Below, piece by piece: positions 24,246 to 37,910 of a stretch of DNA of 64,000 nucleotides. Every line of letters starts with the position of its first letter. Within the stretch, counting starts at the first letter, position 1. The position numbers and the translations under genes were made by a program. The notes below the pieces were generated by a model. That model searched no databases. It was not told the DNA's origin and was given only the letters and a program-made list of their open reading frames with translations. The DNA is from Bispira polyomma. Lineage: Eukaryota. The DNA lies in the NCBI GenBank assembly GCA_965649765.1, contig OZ287758.1, positions 10,974,001 to 11,038,000 on the forward strand, given 5' to 3'.

Positions 24246-25219
24246 TTACCCATTAGATTTTCTTATCTCCATATGGTGGACGTTTGCACTTAACTAAGTT
24301 AGTTATTTCTACTACTATTGTTATCAATATCCATAAATGATGGCGATCATTATCCAAAACTATATTTGGCATGGTGCCACTAGTTAACGAGAGTTGTCTT
24401 TTAAAAAACACATGCTTATACACCGGATGGACAACTTTCAATGTTATTTACATATCTGGTGTAAATGAAAAACAAATAATAACAAAACGTATTTTGGGTG
24501 TATATTTGGTGAAAAAAACATTTTTTGGCAGGAAATTTATTAAATGGTTTGCAGGTGATATTCAGGTAGTCAATTTGGTTTTTTGGGGGTCACAAGGATT
24601 GCGTAAAAGCTGCTTAACAGATTTGCTTGAAATTAGGAGGAGGGATTGGGTATGAACCAAGGAAGATTATTAATATCCTCAAAGGTTCTGTATCCTTCAA
24701 CACCAATGACACTGAAGACAGATTCCAATAGCAGAGGGCTGGCATTTTATGTGGTCATCTGAGCCCTAATGTATCTGCCTATAACTGGGAGCTACAGGGT
24801 AGGATTGAACCCATGTCCAGTTACATGAGACCACAGTGCGAATACCTATCAAATAGTATTTAACTGGTTAACAAATCTCAGGTGTGGAGCGAAAGAGAAA
24901 TTTAACTTTTTGTTCAGTGAAATATTTGACGATGAATGTTTTTGTCTGTTTAAAATCCTATGATGTCACTCAGTTCTTCATAAACTTCCCCATAAAAAGA
25001 ATTCAGTGGGAGTATTACTCACTGTCCTCATATGTGAAAGACTAGTGATATTAAACCAGACCACTAGACCATTTTAACCACTAGGCCACCACAAAACAAA
25101 CATTGTATTATATGTCTGTACATCTTCACTCAAAGCACTACCTTACTTTTTCTTGACTTTACAAATACAGCCAGCCCTCACCATTAACAGTATTTGTTCA
25201 GCTGAAGACAGCTGCTTAT

Positions 25220-26407
25220 GTTCTGGTCACACCTACATGTTCTAGAGCTACGTTTGTGTCACGTTGTGTGAATTTAGGAAACATTTTGAAACGTAGTAGG
25301 AAGTGAGGATCCCTTCTGTGATCATTTTTTTACGTTTTAAGACGTTTTATGATGAATGATATCGTTCCAGAAACGTCTCCGTTTTGTCTTTTTCCTGTAG
25401 TGTTTCAAACTGTTTGAAACGCTACAGAAACAGCTCCCATTTCTGCCTGTTTCTCTGTTCGTCCCCAAACGTTTCCGAAAGTAGCATAGACGTATCAGTA
25501 AGTAGCTATATGTAGTAGTAGGTAGCGAAGAAGTCCCAGTAAGTAGTGAGATTGTCTCCGTTAGTCAAGAAAGTTTCACTAAGTAGCAGAAGGCAGCAGA
25601 ACACAGCCGTAAGTAGCAGTACATTACTTCTATGTAGTAGTATATCCTACCAGTAAAGGGTTCGTTTTTTACCCCCCCTTCGTGTGTACAAGTACCAACA
25701 TCGTCACAAAACGTTACAATCGACTACCCCTTTATGGAAAATACATCACTTTGATACAATACTACCACGTTTTCAGTGTATATTGCTTAGGTACATTGGG
25801 GGGATGTTAGCATGTGTAGGTGTGACCAGGCCATTATAGCCTATTCACACCTACACATGCTGGAGGTACGAGTATGTGACGTTTTCAATTGTTCAGAAAC
25901 CTAGTACAAATGTAGTAGATGGTAATGCAAAAGTAAGGATCCCTGGTACGTTCGTTCCGTGACATTTCTTAACGGATCATATCATTCTGGAAACGTCTGT
26001 GTTTGGTCGGCTGCAATAATTATTTTAAACTGTTCGAAATAATTGTGACAAAGCTCTCCGTTTCTTGAGAACGTCTCCACTTGTCTGTATAAGTAGCATA
26101 ATGTAGCAGTAAGTAGTGATTCGTCTGTATTCGTCGTGGAAAGTTTCACTAAGCATCATAACCCAGCAGAACGCCGCAGTAAGTAGCAGTAAGTAGCGCT
26201 ATAGTAGTAGGTAGTGATATCCTATCAGCAAAGTCTTTGTTCTTTGTCCCGCTCTGTGTATAAAAGTACCAACATCGTCACAAAACGTCACCAACATTTG
26301 TCACTCACAATCGACCGCACCTTTATAAATATGACTTCATTCCACGTTTTCAGTTGATATGGCTTTGCTACGTTGGGGGACGCTAGCATGTGCAGGTGTG
26401 ACTGGGC
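25220..26407 (+). mobile_element. Two related MITEs in tandem (25220-25832 and 25839-26407) in an intron of the pseudogene
   Basis: TIR (gg)tcacacctaca..tg / catgtg.aggtgtgac, internal aagtagcagt motifs. Absent from the paralogous intron (~46758). Confidence 0.82.
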
Positions 26408-26689
26408 TATAAAGGATAACCATTTATGAAAATCATCAAGGTGCTTGAGCATGTCAGTGAGATAAGATTGAATGGCAGAAGACCTCAGTTTTAAGACTTC
26501 ATCTGAGCTATGTCTATAACTGAGCTTGTGAGCCGCAGGCTAAGATTAAACTCACAATCTCTGCTTTTTAAAGCAAACCTTGTACTCACTAGGCCACAAT
26601 AGCAGAATTAAATGAAATATCTATCTATGTTTAATTTCTGTTCTAGTTTTTAGGACTTTAAAAAGCCTGGTATAATATTTGTTTTTTAG

Positions 26690-29600
26690 AATGTTACACT
26701 AAAAAGTACAATAGCATCAACTAATGGTACTATACGGCCAGCAATAGATATTTTCTCGATTTCTTTGAAGTATTTGATGAATCACCTTTTTGATCTGCTG
26801 AAGAAACAGACTGGCAAGTATGTTATTATTGCACATTATTGTTTGAACCTTCGACAAAATCTTTGCATACTTCTTTCCATTTAAATCTATGAAACTGAAC
26901 ATGTGTTAGTGCATAGCCATTAATGGAGATGTAGTTGTGCAACTTGCAGGTCTGATCTTATTGTGAACCTTTGGCCTTGGAGTAATGATCTTGACCTAAA
27001 ATTTGTTTTTGTGACTATATCTCACTAAACTGTTCTCACGTTAAGTTCATATATTGTAAATTATGCTATACATATTATTATCCCTTGCATTTATGTTATG
27101 CAGTCAAAGTTTGCTGTGCTATCTGCTTTAAAAATATAACAGTTGAAAGGTTGCAACTTTTGCAAAATTGCAAATTATTGTGTATGTCTTTGGTATGATG
27201 TTTTGCAATATTTCAGTGTATTTATCCTGTTGTAATTATCTGCAGTTCAGAATGCCAGGCAATAGCCATGTACGCTGGGTGATAACCGTGCCTGCCATCT
27301 GGTCAGAAAAGGCTAAACAGTTCATGAGGGTAGCAGCTCAAAGGGTACACATTCTCACACGAGATAAAGTTTACACATAAATTTCTCAATTAAGTTTGAG
27401 TAAAGTCTACTAATCTCAAAGATATTTTGTATTTCAAAGATAGGAAAAATATTTATTTTTTCCAGAACAAACTTTTTTTTTTGCTTATGCTTTTAGTTCA
27501 GTCGCTTTTGGTAACACTCATTGTGGTGACCTGTGAAGGTCAGATGGTATTTGACCTGCTGCAGGTCACCTTGTGAAAATTTATGACCTTGTAATTTTTG
27601 GTAAAGTTTTGAGAAGTCAGATGCAGGTTTGGGAATATTTATTTAAACTTTTGTATTAACAACTTTACAAAGTTTATAAGAGGTAATTTAAAAAAAGAGG
27701 TAATAAAAATATATGCCAACCAGCATAACAGTATGGCCAACAAGGCCAGTAAACCCCAGGTAGCACATCAAAATATGTATACGACGTCTACTATTTGAAA
27801 GTGTACCGTTATATAAAAACAACTAGGCTTTTCAAGAACAATAGTGTTATAAATCAAATACTACGACGTCTTGTACAATTATAATTCATAAAATACACTT
27901 CAAAAGCAGAGGATCCTGATTCTCAGAGCCTTTATTCAACCCTGGCTTCCCCAAGGCTCAGAGGAAGGTATAGGGACCAGAATCATTCCACTTGGTGTCT
28001 GGGCTTCGACTCTTCAGAACAGGTTTCTTGTGTAGTGAAATGTTCAGATATTTTAAATATTTCACTTAGCCACATTTGTATTATGTAATTCTTCAAAATG
28101 TCTGTTTGAGAGAGCTATGTTAACAGAGATGTTGGTAGCATCTTTCAGAGAAATTTGAAAAAATTTTCATTGAAAAAAATAACTAAAATTAAAGAAGGTT
28201 TTTCAACAATGTTACAGTTCTCTCCACCATCCCCTGGCTATAAAGTCTCAAATCTGCTACATTTTAACCCACTTTCCAAGAACGATGTTCTCAAACTCAT
28301 AAAATCCAACTCCATCAAATCCTGTTGACTGGATCCTATCCCTGCCACTGTTCTGACAGAATGTCTAGACATTCTCATAACTCCTATCACCAACATCATA
28401 AATTTTTCGCTTAGGGATGGTATTTTTCCCTCTTGTTTCAAAACTGTATATGTCGCCCCCTTACTGAAAAAAACCAGGTCTTGACAAAAATGGGCTAAAA
28501 CATTATAGACCAGCCTCTAACCTCAGCTTTCTATCTAAATTTATTGAGAAAGCTGTTGCTAAAATAATCCATGACAACCTTATAAGCAAAATCTAGCTAA
28601 CTGCCACCAATCTGCCTACAGAAAATTTCACTCCACGGAGTGCCCTACTTTCAATCAGTGATGACATTAACCTTGCCTTGGATCGTGATGAAACTGTAGC
28701 CCTCACCCTTCTCGATCTCTCTGCAGCTTTTCATACCATCGACCATGGCTTACTCTTTGATGCCCTAAAACAGTGGTCTCAATGGTATTGTCCTTGATTG
28801 GATGAAATCATACCTTGCTCTTAGAACCCAAAAAATCAAATTGGGCAACCATTTTTCATCCTCTTTTAACCTACCATATGGAGTACCCCAGGGGTCGGTT
28901 CTTGGCCCTTTAATGTTTACCCTCTATACACATCCTCTCAGTGCAGTCATCAATAATCACAATGTTAAACATCACATGTATGCTGATGACACTCAAATCT
29001 ATCTCTCTCTTAACACTCAGAATGCCGGATACAACCTTGATTTACTTGCCGACTGTCTCTCCTCAGTTCAGGCGTGGATGAACTACTTCAAACTGAAACT
29101 AAACCCTGACAAAACTGAATTCATCCTAATTGGAAATAAGAAACACAGTGAATACTTCAGATCACTTTTCCCAATCACAGTGCTGGGTAATGAGATTGAA
29201 CCTTCAGACCAGGTCAAAAACCCAGGTGTCACTATCGACCCTGCTTTTTCATTTCTTCCTCACATTAACAGCATCCGCCGCTCCTGTTACTATCACATTC
29301 GGGACCTCAAAAGAATCAGAAAATATTTGTCACTGAATACTGCTATCATTGTGGCCAACGTTCTTGTAAGTAGTCGCCTTGACTACTGTAATTCTCTTCT
29401 GTATGGAGCCAATAAGTCCCACATTAACAAGTTGCAGTCCATTCAAAACTATCTATGTAGAGTCATCTTTCGTCTGGGAATCTGTAATGATGTCACTCCA
29501 TACCTCAAGAAACTTCACTGGCTTCCTATTCACTATCGAATCCTGTTTAAAATGCACGTAACCATTTTTAAAGCTGTTGTCTCTCAACAGCCTCACTACT

Positions 29601-31726
29601 AAACTCTCCCTCAGCAGCCTTAAAAGGGGAAAAAGACTCTGTTTCCTCAAAAAAAAAAACACCAAGAGTGTTGGATCTAGAGCCTTCTCAGTTGCCGCAC
29701 CTAGTTTATGTAACAGTCTTCCAGCTGAACTTAGACTGCTTAAAACACTTTCGGGTTTTAGGAAAAGCTTAAAACTTATCTTTTCAGACTCGCCTACCTG
29801 CAGTTGTCCTATTCCTGGGCGTTGACGCATCCATCCTTAAGACCTGGCTATGTTTTTTCATTTTTATATTGGCTGATTGATTCTGATGTTGCGCCTTAGA
29901 AGATGCCAAGCATCAATAAGGAGCGTTAAAAATGCATAAAACAATACAATACAATATATTACTGAGACAGGCCAGAACATGAACAGTTTATATGTGATCG
30001 AGGACTGGGTAATCATAAGTTCAACATGAGGTAACAATCAGGTCAAGCTGGTTTCACGCACAGGTCAATATAAGACCATTCATTTAAGATACCAACTGTA
30101 TATAAAATAGCTGATGTAATTGTTACTGTTTTATTGCATGTGGAAAAGTGGATATTACTGAAATATTACATGAAATCTTCAGAGGTAGGAGAGTGAAAAA
30201 AACTAAATGCGGCCAATGGAGGAGTCCTGGTTGGTACAAAGGTGGATCAGATCTTTATTTAAATGATGCAGAAAATATTTGGAATGGATTTCATTCAAAT
30301 GTTTAAGAATGAAATTCCTCAGCAGTGGTTTGCACTGATAGAATCATTCGAAAAGGTGAAGAAAGCTTTCAAGCATGACGGCAGCAGTAGGCTTGTCATA
30401 TCGTTGGGGTATGCCATGGGCTCTAAGTATCAAGAAGTCAAAGGCCATTCCATTAAAAAGGCAACAGCAGTTTGTAAAGAACCTGGCATATCTTTCAAAA
30501 CTAGATCACTCATAATAGGACATAAAGCTGCAACAAGGGTGTTTGCACCTATAGTGAACGGAATTGTGGACTTGGTAAAGAAACAGATGTACATACCAGT
30601 TTTAACAGCTCAGAGCCACGTACTCCTTGTTGGTGGATTTGGGGAGTTATCATACCTACAAGAGGAACTGACGAAGAATATGAAGGAAAATGTGACCTTA
30701 CTTGAACCAGATAAAGCTGAGATGGCTGTGATCAAAGGCGCAGTGTTGTATGGTCAGAAGCCAGATTCTACTAGCAGTCGTATTGCAAGGCGTACCTACA
30801 GTTTAAGTATCTGGAGGAAATATGACCAAGAAAAGCACAATCCAGGGAAAAAAGTCACCAAGCATGGCAAAGACTGGTGCAGCGATATTTTTAATTTTAT
30901 TTTATAACTAAAGGGACTTCAGTGGACAGTGATCTTATAATTAAAGACAAAAGACGTCTACATAAGCCAGACCAGAAGGCCATGAATATAAGGATCTACT
31001 CACTAGATAGGTCTCAGTTGGCATCTGTAGAGTATATAGATCGCCCTGATATGGTTTATGTTGGGAAAGTATTTGTGAATATGCCTGACATTGAAAAAGG
31101 TAAAGTGTATTTGTGGGTTATTTAAAAGCAGCATTTTTATTTTTTTTAATTCCTGAATAGTCACTTATGTAATCATGACTGTATGACAGTATGTTGTATT
31201 TCATTGCAGCAGCATAAAAGTCTAACATAAATACATGTATTAACATTAACAGATCTATTTGTTCTACAATAAGTTGAAATCCATGTAGATCTACATTTGT
31301 TGTACACTAATACATTCACTGTTAAAAGACTGCAGTTGAAAGATTGCCCAGTTAATTGAATTGATTGCCCACAGTTAATGCCGGTACACAAGCCTGCAGT
31401 TTAAAGGATAGCCCAGTTATACTTGCAATATCCAAAAATTTTAGTTGCTTTCTCTGGTGAAAACATCCATGAAAAACATTTAAATCATTTTCAAAGCAAT
31501 CATGTCAGCATTGGTGGACATGATTTTGTAAATGGACAACCCTTCCCCTGATCCTCCTTTGTGTCCCTTATAAATTTCACATGTTGAGATGTTTTTTGAT
31601 AATAAATTGTAAATGCATGTTTTTATTTAATATCTAACCAGGTTTGGAGGAACAGAAATCCAAGTGTCTGCAACAGATGTTACATCTGGGAAAACCACAG
31701 AATGTGTGGTTGACTTTCTTGCCTGA
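26690..31726 (+). pseudogene. HSPA12: HSPA12-like pseudogene retaining exons 3 (26690-26817), 4 (27251-27344), 6 (30140-31099) and 7 (31642-31726)
   Basis: Direct paralogy to 45172-52859. Exons 1, 2 and 5 are absent. Exon-6 acceptor is CAG>CAT (30137-30139), exon 6 has frameshifts, exon 7 has a 31-nt deletion. Confidence 0.92.
28220..29956 (+). mobile_element. 5'-truncated L2/CR1-group LINE (RT region, 3' UTR, (CAATA)n tail)
   Basis: LDLSAAF, GVPQGSVLGP, YADDTQIY, LKLNPDKTE, SRLDYCNSLL, LHWLP and RAFSVAAP motifs. Confidence 0.93.
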
Positions 31727-32499
31727 ACCGTATCACACTATCTATTGAACATTCTCAATTTTAAACTGTCAAAAATAGCAAGAATTAATGAATTAGTCTT
31801 TATTTTATAAAAAACAAAGACAGAACATAAAGGATAAGTGTAATGTGTGTACAGATTTGTATTTTATTCTAGCATGTGTGCCTCTTATAATAATCAAGCA
31901 TTGATTTGTTTAAAAAATATAGTGGTTCATTTAGTTTACTAACTTTATTTAACAATGTTTTGTTTTTTTCAATACACAAATATATCCAGCACACTCATAT
32001 ATGTATGTGCTCATAGAATATGATCATGTCAACAGATGTGAAAAGAGAGGTGTGAAAGAGAGGAGATTGTTTTGTTATTTTGGATGACAGCTTTTATCTG
32101 AGAGGGAACAATATACCCTGTCACCTTAAAAGACATGAGGCTGTATTGTTAGTTTGAATAAAAACTTGCCTGTGACAGTAAATTATACCCTGTCATAAAT
32201 TGTAAGCCAATATAAAGAGTTTTTAAAGACATTAATTACACATTTTGCAAGATAAGACTGTACTAGAAAGATAAAAGTTACTGTCTGGTTAAAAAGCTAA
32301 ACCACACATATTGAAAATCAGCTGATCTAGGGTTGAAAAAATATTGTTTTTATTTACATTAAATGTTTACAATAGACATATATTGTAATTTGTTTCCACA
32401 AATTGACTGTCTCTTTATAATTTAATAATCTTTTAATATTCGACAAAAGTTTTATCTCAAACATTTACAATAAATGAAATGTGTGAGATTACAGATTCT

Positions 32500-35400
32500 C
32501 AAAAGAAAAGAAACTCAGCTCAAAAATTCAATCAGGATGGAAGTAAATAAAAGTCAATATCAATCAACAGACGTTGGGCTAGTGAGTTAAGAAAACAATG
32601 CAGAGATCAGTGCCTTAAAAAATATGTCATTAGAACAAAAGGTTGATGAAATTATTCATATACTCAAAATTCAATCAGTTAAAACATCAATTGACTTAAA
32701 TACAATCAAAATTGAAAATCCAACACTAAAGCTTCATCTCCGAGAATCCGATGGTATCATTGCAAAACTTGGCTCAAAACTTTCCCAACTAGAAGACAAA
32801 GTAACTTTCATGGAATCACAAACCATTAAAAAGAACATTATCCTGTATCACCTACCGGAAAATATGGAGAGGATATGTACGCAATTTCTTCTTATCGACC
32901 TTAAAAGTACCTGCAAGCGAAATGTTCTCAAAGGAAAACCCTACTGGAGAGATATGTGTGGATATAGTGCATCGCATAGGCAAAAGGGATAACAAAGCCA
33001 GACGGATAGTCGTGTCCTTTGTAACACAGAGAGGGAGGGATAAAATCTTAACTCAATCAAAAAGCCTGAGATCTTCACCTTATGCCATGAGTGAACAACT
33101 GCCTCATTGTCTCCGTGAGCGACGTACTGCTCAAGTTCCAATACTAACTAGAATGAGGAAGGAAGCCCAGGAGATCAAGTCAAATACAAACATCAAGCTT
33201 GTCAGGGACAAATTCATAATTGATTTAAAGGTGAAATCTGATGTATTTGGGTATAATAAATTGGGTTACGTCACCACAACCGATGTTACAATAGAGTTTG
33301 ACAATATATTACATACAGCCCCAGTTGAAATAAAGGGGAAGTTTTGAGGACAAATCTAGGAAAACAAAGATTTGACATTATTAAAAGAGTAGCTGATGAA
33401 GTACTAAGCTTGGTTTAATTTTTTTTACTTTTTCTTACAATTATTTACTAAATGATATTTATTTTCTAAACTTTGACTTAGCCCTATGATATAATCGTAC
33501 ATGTGAACCAAGTATCTGTGTGTGTATTTTGTTAATTCTCGATGATTTAGCGGTCATTATTTGGCATATTGCAGAGTGACGCATTTATTCCAGTATTTTA
33601 GAAAGGTTTAATGTTTTAATATTATTATTATTTTAGGTTTTAATTGCACTTAAACTTACTCTGAAAGTCAGACATTGTCACTAACATTAAATTGAATTGG
33701 AACAGCTCTATATAGCTAACACCCCTTTTAGTCCATTACTAACAGCAGACATAAATTAACCATATTTGGCTACAACTTACTGTAATATAGTAAATCTGTC
33801 AACAAGACTGAATCTGATTAACTATTAGATAACTCATAGACAGTTAATGTAAGTGAATTTCTATATTTAATTTAAATAATTATTTCTTCCATTTTGCCTA
33901 AATTATAAGAATAGTTGTCCCAGCATATAATATACATGTTGAATGTAATCTGCTGTAGTTCTAAAACATTAGCACAGACCAATTATAGTGGATCTACATA
34001 TTTAGTGGCCCAGCTATAATTTACCTGTTCATAATTTTACTGTGGGGTGTAGCATTAAAGTCTAATTCGCCACAGTCAGTGGGATTAGTCTTTTTAACTA
34101 CTGGGTAGCTATTATAATATGGGTTAACTGTGTACATTTTTGCACTTAAAATATTTCTATACTGAATACTAGGTATTCAACTTGTACATATATGTCGACA
34201 TATCTGTAAGAATAGTACAAGTCATTGTAAATAAACTAGACTGTTCAGTCACATTTGACACAATACACTTTGTCTACCAGACTCTAGTGTATTTAACTCT
34301 AACTATAAACCTCATTGAAAACTATTTCTCCCTATGATCTGATATCCTGACAAAAAGACTCAAACCACTTAATTTAGACATTGCAACACAGACGGCCTGA
34401 CCTAGCAGAGATACTGCATGATTACTTGTATGATCTTCAGTATTGAGATCACAATGCAACAGAACTTCAACACGACTTATTAGTGTAACTGAGACCCTAA
34501 TATTGACTGAGACTACAGAGATAGCAACCCCTAGGCTGCTTCAATATATATATATATATATATAGGTATTTACGTATATATATATGTGTGTCAATATTAT
34601 ACATAAAAAAAATGTTTTCTCATATCCTACATATACCTGTATATGTAATATGCTTATATACAGTGACACAAATAATATGTAGTTGTGACCTTATCATTAT
34701 CATGATAACTGCATTTCAAAAGCTTGACATAAAGTATATGCAATTTCGGTCTTACCATTATTAATTGTACCTCGAATGCTACTTTCCTCACAATTGACCT
34801 GCAGCAAATTAATTGTGGTGTTGTGTGAAAAACCCTATACACAAGAAAAGTCATTAATAAATGCTATAATTTGCACTGTTAACCTAAAATTCTGCACAAA
34901 TAAAGTTTTTCTATCTTGCTCTGTGACTGGACTATACATGGTTGACTTCACATCTGTTTATGTTCTTTAAACTTAATTTATATATTAGTGAAATTAGTGC
35001 AGAACATAGAATGACTTAGCTCTATTTATTTTTTTTTTCTGATTGATAAGGTTTATATAAGATGATGAAAGTGGTTCCTTGTGGGGTTTTTTCTTTATGT
35101 ATGTTAATTTTTTTCTTCAAAAATGTATTATAAGTCTTTTCATGTTTACTTTGATTTTTGTGTTTCATATTTTTGAATATAAATTACAAATTTTATTTCA
35201 TTTCATCATGAATAATACATGGAAAGCACTTTTGTCATGTCAAGATTGCATTTACAACATAACACAGTTAATAAGAAATTTGCAACAAATTGATAATAAC
35301 TACTTTGTTGAATATGCCTGTAGAGAAACCTGCTAGATTAATTGTTCAGTATTAGTAATTGTTTAAGTGTATTGTCTGCGAATTGTCAAAGTTTAAAAGC

Positions 35401-37445
35401 AATGGAAAAGAGATGCGACATATTGTCATATTTTAAAGATAAAAATATCAACATGTTATGTTTGAAAGACACACATTTGGTAGAAAGTGACTTACCAAAT
35501 ATAAAAGATTTATGGCGAGGAACTTCCTTTGTGCATGGTTTTAAAAAAAAACTCTCAAGGAGTAGCCATACTCTTTAAAGATAATTTTGAATATGAAGTA
35601 CTTCTATGTAACAAGGACACAGAAGGTAATTATTTAAACCTGCTGGTTAAGATAAGTAAAATGACAATTAATTTGACAATGGTTATGGTCCTAAAAATGA
35701 TAGTGCAACCTTCTTCAGTGAAATCTAAAGTATGTTGACAAATATTGCAGATCATAACTATTATTTTTGAAGATTTTAACATGGTTTAGTTCCTGAAAAG
35801 GATACCAAAAATTATAAACATATAAATAATCCAAAAGTCTGTAGATCTGTCATAAATATGTTACAACAATGTCATGTAATCGATGTCTATAGATTGCAAC
35901 ACCCTGAGAGTCAACTTGGCGGAAGAAACGTTCGTTAACACAGGCAAGACTCGACTTTTTTTAATCTCAAAAATATGATTGTCTTAGCTAATAAGTCTGA
36001 TATCAAAGCCGGCTATCGATCCTATCATTCAGCAGTAGAACTAACACTACTATTACACAATTTTGAGATGGGTAAAGGAATTTGTAACTTTAACAGCAGC
36101 CTTCTTGAAAATTAGAATTACTTAAATCTGATAAATGATGCAATACAAGATGAAGTTATAAAATATGCTTTGCCAGTATATAGTATTCAGTTTTTGAAAA
36201 ATCATTACAAGTACGGAAATATTATGTGTACATAATAAATCCCCCCGAAGTGGATGGCATTACTGCTGAATTACTGCTGAATTTCTCAAAGTTTTAAAGA
36301 ATAAAATATTTTTTACTTAATGCAATAAATAGATGTTTCAAAAAATGAATTTTAGCTTCAACTATAAGACAATGTGTGATTGTATGCTTACTTAAATGCA
36401 ATAAAGATAGGAGAACATTCAAGAACTTTAGGCCAATATCATTAATTTGTTTTGTATACAAATATCCATCAGGTGTTATAGTCAATAGATTAAAACATAC
36501 TTTAGACACCATCTAAAAACTCAACAGGTAGGCAAATAAGTGACATCACAAGGTTGGTATGTGACATTATGCAATACACAGAAAATGACAATATCCCTGG
36601 ACTGTTCGTGTTAATAGATTTCAAAAAGGCCTTTGATTCGGTTTCTTGAATTTTTATATATAATGCTTTAAATATTTTGGGATATAGTGAAAACTTTATA
36701 CAATGGATTAAAATTTTTAATAATGATATCGGAGCTTATGTTCTCCAATGTTGCAAATTATCTAATAATTTAGACAAGGAAATCCCATTTCAGCATACCT
36801 CTTTCTGATAGTTGCCAAAATTTTGTCTCTCATGATTAAATCAAATAAGAAAATTGTTGGTATAAAAATAAACAGCCAACAATTTAGACCTATACAGTTC
36901 TCAGATGATACCACCCTTATTTTAGATGATTCACAGGCTTCAAGTTCAAGTTCTTTGGGATAATCTATATCAATGGGTCTTAAACAAAATTGGGAGAGAA
37001 GTTAAATTAACAAATACTATAAAAACTTTAGGATATTACATTTTGGGTGATAACTTTTGGGCTTTAAAGAGAAAGATACATTTAGTGTTCTAAAAGATGA
37101 CACATATTTTTTTCAGAAACAATGCTACAAAATATTTTTAGAGTAAACTATTTCATGGACATGAAAACGATTTATAATATTATCCACCCTTCTAATAAAT
37201 AAAAAAAAGTTAATATTATAAATAGCCTTTAGTATATTTTACATTGTAAGTAATACATATATTGTATATCTATATATTTGTTAAGCATTTTACTATGTTG
37301 TATGTTGTCTTAAGGTTTTACTTTTGTTTTTTAGCTGTATACCTTGTGCTTTGTAAACGCTTTACTGTGCTTTAATTTTGTAATATGTAACACAATGTCA
37401 ACATTTTGTATATTATATAGTTAAATTAAAAAAAACAAACAATAA
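32500..37445 (+). mobile_element. Degenerate L1/Tx1-like LINE: ORF1 remnant (~32500-33347), ~2-kb spacer, ORF2 remnant (~35340-36950), A-rich tail
   Basis: Coiled coil plus VHRIG..RRIVVSF in ORF1. SANCQSL, LCLKDTH, IDFKKAFDS and QFSDDTT are collinear with ORF2 at 55965-59600. The 5' boundary is uncertain. Confidence 0.85.
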
Positions 37446-37599
37446 TTTTATGGACAAAAATGTATGTCTGACATAAAATGTAATCGAGGTGGCTGCTAAC
37501 CAAAGGTATTGCAATAGTGTTAGCTGTGGATATGTAGTGTCTGACCCCTCAAAGGTCTATTAAATTGATCAATCAGGCTATCAATATTCTTAAACATTG

Positions 37600-37910
37600 T
37601 TAGTGAAGGAAAACAGTCAAATTAAACATACAGCTTTTGCACAACATCTGAAGGATAGAGCAAATTGTGAATTACATACCGTGACGTAACCCCCAATAAG
37701 ATGAATTTATTTGATCAAGGTGTTATTATGGTTTGTCAACATCTACTTCTGGATATTATTTAGTCAACTTTTGAGATTATCAAAAGCAATGGAAATATTT
37801 TATTTGTCAAATGAACATTGATATGTGTGTCATCACCATAGATATGCTACTTGATACAACTATATGTGTGTATAACAGAACTGGTCCCAACACAGAACCT
37901 GTGGTTCCCC
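37600..37910 (-). mobile_element. Ancient L2/CR1 RT remnant that predates the duplication (paralog at ~53830-55440 and ~60015 onward)
   Basis: Minus strand gives PQGSVLGP (37881-37904), a YADDT-like motif (HVYANDT in the paralog at ~55390-55410) and KFILLG. Confidence 0.65.
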
